Shown one piece after another: positions 57,901 to 64,000 of a stretch of 64,000 bases of DNA; positions within the stretch are counted from its first letter, which is position 1, and each line of letters opens with the position of its first letter. Source of the DNA: a virus (taxonomy: Duplodnaviria; Caudoviricetes). The translations under genes were made by a program, and so were the position numbers. Under the pieces are notes generated by a model, which ran no database searches, was not told where the DNA came from, and was given only the letters and a program-made list of their open reading frames with translations. The stretch is taken from positions 443 through 64,442 of the IMG/VR virus record IMGVR_UViG_3300035698_019959; one strand, 5' to 3'.

Positions 57901-58910
57901 GCTGTGTGATAAAAGATGATAATACTCAAACTTATTTAAATGGTTATGTCGATGACATTACAGTCGATGGTGGACAAACTATTGATTTTAGTACAAACGG
58001 AAATGTACAAGGAGAATTTGATGTTGCTGTTACTGATCCAGGAACAGTAATGGCTGTTGGTGATTTGGTGGTACTTAATTCAACAACTGAAGATGCTTAC
58101 ACAAATGGTTATGTCTATGCAAGAGAAACAGGCGGGCCAGGTCCTTGGACAGTTACTATTTACGATTCTGATACGAGAGAAGCAAAAGATTTAACAGATT
58201 TTTTAATTGCTGATACTTCTGTTATTTTATATACTTCATATACGATTTCTATTTTTGATAGAACAACTACGCTCGCGCATGATATATCTGCTTTTACGAC
58301 AGGACAAAATGCTGAGGTTAGTTCTATTTATGATAAAGGGTATATTCGAGATATAACTGCTGACCCTGTTTCTTTAGCAGAACCGTATACAATAACAATT
58401 TATGATGAAACATCTTTAAATGTTGTTGCTGATTTACAAACTTATACTTTAAGTTATGGCGCGGTATTAAAAGACAGAAATAATTTTGATTTTGATACAA
58501 ATGTTGTTGTTGGTGTTGATGGTTATAAATATTACACGGGATTGTTGCAAGAGGTACAGTGGAAAGTTGATGGCCTTCCTGCCAGTCCTATTGATTATCC
58601 TGGAATTAAGGCTGCTGGTCCGCAAATACAAGTTGCCGCACCAACTGTTAGACCAATTAAATTAAGTTTAGACATTACAACATTGGGCGATATAACTGTT
58701 GGAAGTATAGAGAACGATATAAAAACACAAATTTCTCTTTATATTAATAATTTAGGTGTGGGAGATGATGTGGTTTTAAGTGAAATAATAGACAAAGTGC
58801 AAAATGTCATTGGGGTTTATGATGTTAAAATTACAAGTCCTCTGATAAATATTGTAATTTCAGATAATGAAAGAGCAAGAGTTATCAGTAGTGATATCAC
58901 TTTAGCATAA
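54927..58910 (+). CDS. baseplate J/gp47-like wedge protein with many inserted domains
   Basis: D.TPGSV, A.AATGYVT, C.ETG.VGN, NG.DEETD.ELR.RI, YIDDGTG, YINNL.VG.DV.LSEII. Confidence 0.9.
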   Translation: MAFVFKSFQKIVGDQISYISANTPINDMTPGSVILNLIEMNAQEIYQQYIQLVNIIQSYNLDTTTGEDLENRALEYGIIKQDASAATGYVTIGDSGFTKVVTNIYAGSNGAVSGQVILDINDSTNFSASGAVIVGRGTVSEETVSYLSITDNTTYYTLNLDPLTPLTNDHKVGETVILSQGGLRTVLAGTTVLVPMTNISEEISFTTNEDTELSDGEDSVSTTIVTCQETGTVGNIPIGAIVEFDSAPFPNATATNEEAYTNGKDEETDNELRGRIRDHIQSLSMGTETAITFGVSGLTNVAQTKRVVSSNYLEGLTAYDVNYLYIDDGTGFEPTFSGKAIEYVVRSAAGTEKIVQLDNFPLVKASLITQSEQPFNINSGDKLRVAVNDVEEELIFLASDFTNEGATTAREIAIAINDGMTLVEARTTGSNNGVIMQAVAEENENIKVLVPATGTNANDNLQFEEDVDRYTLKLYKDDLLLNKDGATAFVDTVNTAPFVLADAQTLTLYIDDKTDNLLTITFHTGDFVDITQATAAEVVSAINADLPGGYASSILDGSEVRIYSRTKSSEGSYVEVTGGTANAGLAFPTDQVQGADNDYVLNKCNGQIELTEELNAEESLKAGTIYTEAFLECASSEDYTIVAAETLVFNTDALGAQTIPFVATGTYTAQQVADLINADTSVNGIYAYVITKGSDIYLRVATNTLDDSIGSIVITTTPAGLDFTTGVTVTNQEANLAYIEPENVEDYTLGPDQNLVVVLDQDASDRVFNFVISLSGTVTNSVSNVLFDSTNISTNYSDTNDFFAGYMVRFTDTTTTVALRGYIREVSTYNGILGRITIAAGEILPAVPVVGDSFDLIPVTAKHMVDYLNNTQITPFSVYADTKLIKGATKPQINTQTEGSVGAVQITGGTANKILIPFTSVGTVAGNFEVDNIEGLFEGVGDAPVAAIYYGGMRVTLDNVLNSFTYDFLTDPAPLGNTFTCASARYLQVDEGCVIKDDNTQTYLNGYVDDITVDGGQTIDFSTNGNVQGEFDVAVTDPGTVMAVGDLVVLNSTTEDAYTNGYVYARETGGPGPWTVTIYDSDTREAKDLTDFLIADTSVILYTSYTISIFDRTTTLAHDISAFTTGQNAEVSSIYDKGYIRDITADPVSLAEPYTITIYDETSLNVVADLQTYTLSYGAVLKDRNNFDFDTNVVVGVDGYKYYTGLLQEVQWKVDGLPASPIDYPGIKAAGPQIQVAAPTVRPIKLSLDITTLGDITVGSIENDIKTQISLYINNLGVGDDVVLSEIIDKVQNVIGVYDVKITSPLINIVISDNERARVISSDITLA

Positions 58911-58927
58911 TTTTTGGAGCAATATAG

Positions 58928-61483
58928 ATGCCAACGAAATTAGAAAGATTAGAAAAAGTACTACCAAAGATTTTTACTCCACAGATTAATCCTTTTATAA
59001 AGGCTTTATTAACTGCTTGGGCTAATGAATTAGAGGGCATTCAAGTAGAAATTGATGAAGCTCATGACCAAATTTTTGTAGAACTTGCGGACGGAACTTA
59101 TTTAGATGCTTTAGGCAAAAATGTTGGTGTTTATAGACCCGCTTATGTTACTCTTGAAGATGGCACTAGAGAATTAATTCCTGGATTGGCTGATGATAGT
59201 TTTAGGGAATTGATTCCTATTTTAAGTTTTTATCCCAAACAGATTAGACAGACAATGATAAGTGCTTTAGATATTTTTTGGGGCCCAACATATACAAGAT
59301 CAACAATTACTTCTGTTAGTCCTGAACCATATCATTTGTCAGCGTTAGGATTTCCTTGTGAATTTAATTTTACTGTAGATAAAACAACAGATGTCAAAGT
59401 TACTTTTGAGGCTTCTGATTTTTCAGATCCAACAAATGCTACTGTCGCAGAAATAATTGCGGTTATTAATAGTGCAACAGATAAAATAACAGCTATAAGT
59501 TATTATGACAATGAAACATCTAAAAATTATATAAGAATTTATACCAATACTGCAGGAACGACAGGATCTATAAAAATTAATATTCCGGATATAGATTTTG
59601 CTGAAGATTTAAAAAGAAGAATAAATGTCCATGCGGCGGATGTTCTCCAGCATACGACTGCGGCTGATGATGTTAATTACCCACTTCAAACAAGAACAAG
59701 AGCAATTGATTTTATTAGTCTTGCCAATTTAATAAAAGAAATGCTTGATGCATATGACGCTCATGATACTGATGCAGAAACGATCATACCAGGACCATGG
59801 CTTTATCACGCAGGACAAGAAACTACTAATCATAGTTTGGCTTCTATTGTCGCTCCGACAAGTATTGAAGAAAGTGGAGAAAGATTAGACGATTTAGTTT
59901 TAAAGTATAATGCGCATGATGCCGATGCAGGAGCACATGCTGTTACGAGTTCTCATCAATTTTCTGATACTAGAAAAATAGATGCAAATGCTTTTTTTAA
60001 TTTTCCCACTTTGATAGAACAGTTTGTTAAGGTTGGAGTTTATGAGTTGCTTAATAAGGAAATTGTTTTAAGAATTCCTGAACAAATTCCTATTCTTTTA
60101 GATGAATTAAAAGGAAGCCATCATTTTCATGAAGATAGCCATGACTTTTATATAGCATCATATGGTGGAGGAAATTCATATGTAAAAAGTTTTAATTACG
60201 AAGATCAAGAACAAAGATTAACTGTTGGTGGTGCAAGTGGCACTGGTGTTGATGAATTTGATTCTCCGCAAAGTATTCATTTAGACGAAACATATGTTTA
60301 TATTTGCGATACAGCGAATGCTCGAATTGTAAAAAGAAAAAGAAGAGACTTTCAATATGTGGCTGAAGAAGATACTTTTGATGGAGTCGCCTTGGCAACT
60401 CCGACAGGTATTACTGGAGATGATACTCATATTTATATAAGTGATTTGGGTAACGACGAAGTAATTAAAGTTAGAAAAGTAGATTTAGGTTATACTGCAA
60501 GGTATGGAGCTACGGGTGCCGGGAATAACCAATTAGATCGTCCTATGGGTGTTGTGGTAATGGATGGGTACCTATATGTAGCTGATTTTAATAATGATAG
60601 AGTTATGAAAAGATTGGCTTCTGATTTAACTTATGTAGATAAAATAGGAACCACAGGAGCTGGAGATAATCAATTTAATGGCCCTATGGATATTGCTGCA
60701 GATTCAAATAATAATTATATATTTATTATTGATTCTGGGAATAGTCGAATTGTTAAAAGGTTACAATTAAATTTAAACTATGTTGCGCAAGCTGTTTTAG
60801 CAAATTGTTATGCGATTTGTTATGATGAAAATAAAAATGGACTAATTTTAAATGAACAAATTGTTGGTGTAGATGAAACAATTAAATATTGGGATTTAGA
60901 TTTAACCGAATTAGACAGTTTTTTAATAGAAGATGTTGAAAATATATCTGTTGGCGGGTTGGCTTCTTCACCACCTAATCAAGCGTTTAACTCAGAGATA
61001 GATTCGTCGTGGCCAGGTTCTTTTTTATACGATATAAGGCAGCTTGTCGATTCTTTTACTTTTACAAGCAAGAGAACGACATTGGCTCAAAACTTATTTA
61101 AAGGAAGTGTTTATACTGGAATTCAAGCAACAGATACTACAGATTTTAGTAGTGATGGTGGGTATTTGGTTTTTAATTTTGGCGGGAATACACAAGAGGA
61201 GCTTGTTCCATATTTAGGAAAACCAAATGCAACGACATTAACAATTCATCCTGCTTATGTTTTTGAAAATAATCATGTTATCGGAGAAATGGTAAATGTT
61301 GTTGAAAGCGGGAATTACGTTCCAAATGGCTATGGCACAGACTATCCTGTTTATTTAATAAATCCAAATATTGCTGAAGAACTTGTAACAATGTTAATAG
61401 ATTTGGTTAGAGCGGCAGGAGTTAAATTAAGATTTGAAATAAATGTGACCAGTTATAAATATGACTATTTAAACAATTTGTAA
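58928..61483 (+). CDS. baseplate wedge (gpI-like) protein with NHL-repeat beta-propeller
   Basis: A.G.YLD.LG...GV.RP; F..P..I..D...YI.D..N.RI NHL repeats; AAGV.L.F C-terminus. Confidence 0.8.
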   Translation: MPTKLERLEKVLPKIFTPQINPFIKALLTAWANELEGIQVEIDEAHDQIFVELADGTYLDALGKNVGVYRPAYVTLEDGTRELIPGLADDSFRELIPILSFYPKQIRQTMISALDIFWGPTYTRSTITSVSPEPYHLSALGFPCEFNFTVDKTTDVKVTFEASDFSDPTNATVAEIIAVINSATDKITAISYYDNETSKNYIRIYTNTAGTTGSIKINIPDIDFAEDLKRRINVHAADVLQHTTAADDVNYPLQTRTRAIDFISLANLIKEMLDAYDAHDTDAETIIPGPWLYHAGQETTNHSLASIVAPTSIEESGERLDDLVLKYNAHDADAGAHAVTSSHQFSDTRKIDANAFFNFPTLIEQFVKVGVYELLNKEIVLRIPEQIPILLDELKGSHHFHEDSHDFYIASYGGGNSYVKSFNYEDQEQRLTVGGASGTGVDEFDSPQSIHLDETYVYICDTANARIVKRKRRDFQYVAEEDTFDGVALATPTGITGDDTHIYISDLGNDEVIKVRKVDLGYTARYGATGAGNNQLDRPMGVVVMDGYLYVADFNNDRVMKRLASDLTYVDKIGTTGAGDNQFNGPMDIAADSNNNYIFIIDSGNSRIVKRLQLNLNYVAQAVLANCYAICYDENKNGLILNEQIVGVDETIKYWDLDLTELDSFLIEDVENISVGGLASSPPNQAFNSEIDSSWPGSFLYDIRQLVDSFTFTSKRTTLAQNLFKGSVYTGIQATDTTDFSSDGGYLVFNFGGNTQEELVPYLGKPNATTLTIHPAYVFENNHVIGEMVNVVESGNYVPNGYGTDYPVYLINPNIAEELVTMLIDLVRAAGVKLRFEINVTSYKYDYLNNL

Positions 61484-61496
61484 TTTTTAATATAAT
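61468..61496 (+). promoter_or_regulatory. putative late promoter
   Basis: TTTAAA-N17-TATAAT. Confidence 0.55.
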
Positions 61497-61517
61497 AATA
61501 TAAACGGAGAAAAAACA

Positions 61518-62789
61518 ATGTTACAAAAAGTAAAATTTTATGCGATGGAAAGACTTGTTATCCCTGATACGAATAATCTTCAAGATTTTATTGAAGAAGA
61601 GTTCCAACTATATAATTCTAAATTATTTAGCGGAACAACTAAAATCGTCAAAGGGTTTGCAGTTAGTCAAGTTGCCGCTGCAACAATAGAAGTGGCTATT
61701 CCAAGTAGTACTTTACTGCATAGTTCAGGAACCTATAAAGCTTTTTTTGTAGCTGATGCTGGCGAAAGTGATTTGCAGGAGGTTTTAAGTAATGGAACAA
61801 ATTATGTCCATATCCAAATAGACAGCGAATCAGGATCTTCTACGCAACGAGCTTTTTGGGATAAAACAGCTAATGATGGTGCAGGTGCAGAGTTTATTCA
61901 AGATGTTGATACTGCGGAATATTTAGAAGCAAGTCTATATGTGGTTCAAAGTGGGTTTAGTAGCGATCCAGATAAAATACCAATCGCAGAAGTAACTGTT
62001 GCTCTTGGTAATATCACTGCAATAGAAGATCGAAGAAACATGCTTTTTAGGTTAGGTGTTGGTCAACCTTATAATGCTGGCTATGATTTTAGTCTTTTAA
62101 CGGTTGCTGAAGATGATACTGATTTTACAGGTGGTGATAGGTATTTAGATACATTTAAAAGTTGGATGGATTATGTAATGACGAAGTTCAAAAAGATTCA
62201 AGGAACCTCGTATTGGTTTGAAGATCCTCCGTCTAGTTTAGCATCCACTCAATATGAAATGACAGATGGTGGTATTTGGTCTTGGTTAATTACACCAACA
62301 CCAGATATTTCAGCATATACTGTTTTACAAAATGCAAGAATAGAAAACCCAAACACAGGGGCCTTAATTGTTGTATTTGATAGTGATGGAACTGGGGCGG
62401 GAGATTTTGATATTGCGACAGATCCTGCAACTTTAGATTTAGAAGTAGAAAGTGTTATTTACTTAAATGATGATAACACCACTGCAAAAAGATATGTAGT
62501 AAGAGCAATTGCTGGAGCGACACCATGGACAATCACTGTAGAAGAGGCAGATTTAGATTTTACTTTAGATGCTTATTATGTGATTGTAGGAACGCCGTAT
62601 ACGAACACAATTGATCAAGCAACACAATCACCGATAGCGCTGGGGAGTGGTTGGGTGGCTTATGTTGATTTGGACATAACCGCAACAGTTCCTGTTCCTG
62701 TTTATGTAGTAAGTGGCGACGAATATATAAATAGTGAAAATAGATTTATTGTAGCAAGAAGATATGGCACTCAAGTGTATGTTGGATAA
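61518..62789 (+). CDS. tail fibre / baseplate-anchoring protein
   Basis: ERL..PD, RAFWD....GAGAEF.Q.VDT, I.DRR.M.FRLG, K.WMD.VMT..K...G..YW. Confidence 0.7.
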   Translation: MLQKVKFYAMERLVIPDTNNLQDFIEEEFQLYNSKLFSGTTKIVKGFAVSQVAAATIEVAIPSSTLLHSSGTYKAFFVADAGESDLQEVLSNGTNYVHIQIDSESGSSTQRAFWDKTANDGAGAEFIQDVDTAEYLEASLYVVQSGFSSDPDKIPIAEVTVALGNITAIEDRRNMLFRLGVGQPYNAGYDFSLLTVAEDDTDFTGGDRYLDTFKSWMDYVMTKFKKIQGTSYWFEDPPSSLASTQYEMTDGGIWSWLITPTPDISAYTVLQNARIENPNTGALIVVFDSDGTGAGDFDIATDPATLDLEVESVIYLNDDNTTAKRYVVRAIAGATPWTITVEEADLDFTLDAYYVIVGTPYTNTIDQATQSPIALGSGWVAYVDLDITATVPVPVYVVSGDEYINSENRFIVARRYGTQVYVG

Positions 62790-62819
62790 TTTAAAAAAGT
62801 AAGAAGGAGAATTTAAAAA

Positions 62820-64000
62820 ATGTTAAGATTACAAGATGGCGAAGCTTCAAAACTTATAGAAGGTCAAGTTGTTTATGATGAGGTTTGTACTAATATTACA
62901 GATTTTGAAACAGCGATGGCCGATACTAATGTTAAAAGTATATTTTTAGAAAATGGGTTATATACCTTAACGGGGAATTTAACTATTAGAGAAGGTTTGA
63001 TTATTGATGGTGAAAATGTAGAGCAAACTATTATAGATCTAGATGGAAACGATATTACTGGTGGGGGAACATCTATTACAAGTGCCGGGACAATAACTCT
63101 TACAAATGCAAGTGCCACTGTCAATGGGGTATTAACTGTTTTTGTAACAGATGGTGTTTTACCAGGTGATAAAATTATTATCCTTGAGGCGGGGGCAATG
63201 TTTGATGTTGATTCTGTTGGTGGCGAATTGGCTTTAGATATAACAGAAACTTGGAGCGGCCCAACACTTGCGGGATTACATTATGTTGTTTTACGTTCTG
63301 ATGGTAACACGGGCATAGAAAATATTTCTTTTACAAATAGCGGTGGTGTCTCATTTTTTTCGCTTTTTTCTTATAACCTTAATATGCGAAACTGTCATTT
63401 TTATGATTTTTCTGGTGCGGGGATACAGATAGGAGTTGGTGGATATAATCATAATATTTGTAATAATATTTTTGAAGGAAATGTTCTTGTTGGCAATGAA
63501 TTCTTTGTTGGTTCAAATTTTTCGAACAATAATTTTAGATCTGCTAGTTACTATATTTGTAATTCTGCTTATTGGTCAGAAATAGATGTGAACACTTTTT
63601 TTGATTACAGCTTAACTCCATTTATAGTGGTTAATGCTTATCAAACAAGTGTAACAAATAATTATGTATCTGGGGTAAATGCAGTGGGAGCCCCCAATTC
63701 TATTCTGTCTATTGGGGAGGGCGGGTCAGCAGACAATTGTGTTATTTCTGGTAATATTGTTGTTAATTCTGGCGCCGGACAAAATAGTCTATATTGTGCG
63801 TCAGTTACTAATTCATTAATTTCTAATAATATAGTTGATGAAACAATTGGGTTAGTGGGTAGCACCGACAACACTATTATTGGCAATCATTGTGAGGATC
63901 TTGAGCTTGATGCCACTTCAGATGATAATAATATTGGATTAAATTATGTGAGCAATGCTTTTACTGATCTTGGGAGTGGAAATACTTCAATTTTATATAA
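62820..64000 (+). CDS. tail fibre/spike with parallel beta-helix (runs off the window end)
   Basis: AAGGAG RBS, ATG 62820; MLRLQDGEASKL...SIFL.NG.Y...I.GE; I.NN/I.GN repeats; frame still open at 64000. Confidence 0.75.
   Translation, partial: MLRLQDGEASKLIEGQVVYDEVCTNITDFETAMADTNVKSIFLENGLYTLTGNLTIREGLIIDGENVEQTIIDLDGNDITGGGTSITSAGTITLTNASATVNGVLTVFVTDGVLPGDKIIILEAGAMFDVDSVGGELALDITETWSGPTLAGLHYVVLRSDGNTGIENISFTNSGGVSFFSLFSYNLNMRNCHFYDFSGAGIQIGVGGYNHNICNNIFEGNVLVGNEFFVGSNFSNNNFRSASYYICNSAYWSEIDVNTFFDYSLTPFIVVNAYQTSVTNNYVSGVNAVGAPNSILSIGEGGSADNCVISGNIVVNSGAGQNSLYCASVTNSLISNNIVDETIGLVGSTDNTIIGNHCEDLELDATSDDNNIGLNYVSNAFTDLGSGNTSILY

Noticed and set aside
639-63886. Minus-strand and nested alternate-frame ORFs in the ORF track (e.g. 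26019-26696, 30428-30835, 56033-56410)
   Set aside because: They overlap convincing + strand genes, lack recognisable motifs and mirror the codon bias of the real genes.
1-64000. Stop-codon reassignment
   Set aside because: Long genes are intact in the standard code, and TAA, TAG and TGA all end genes next to the following RBS or start.
58928-64000. Diversity-generating retroelement targeting the fibres
   Set aside because: No reverse transcriptase and no adenine-specific TR/VR repeat pair noticed in this window.

Overview
This window is part of a large, AT-rich contractile-tailed (myovirus) phage genome. All credible genes are on the + strand and read in the standard code. 1-10.5 kb: accessory genes (DRB0094/Rnl5-type RNA ligase, tRNA-Gln and tRNA-His, radical SAM, HD hydrolase, two YopX, a host-like NDP-sugar epimerase). 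10.6-35.6 kb: head module with a Herelleviridae-like prohead protease, scaffold and major capsid protein. It is interrupted by several putative head-fibre genes, a nine-gene glycosyl/pyruvyl/methyl-transferase cluster and an endonuclease-Mom fusion gene. 35.6-40.5 kb: an island of small early-type genes behind duplicated promoters. 40.6-64 kb: tail terminator, sheath, tube, chaperones, tape measure, baseplate and fibres. Most notable observations: (i) head polyproteins full of K-[S/A/G] putative cleavage sites, one carrying a 37-aa module that is also encoded in an early gene; (ii) a probable virion glycosylation pathway flanked by modular head fibres; (iii) a beta-rich module inserted in four tail proteins, nested three-deep in baseplate J and circularly permuted in a fibre; (iv) genes repeatedly bracketed by duplications of stop/RBS/promoter junctions; (v) a ten-copy late promoter motif. 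All function calls come from motif recognition by eye; no database searches were run.
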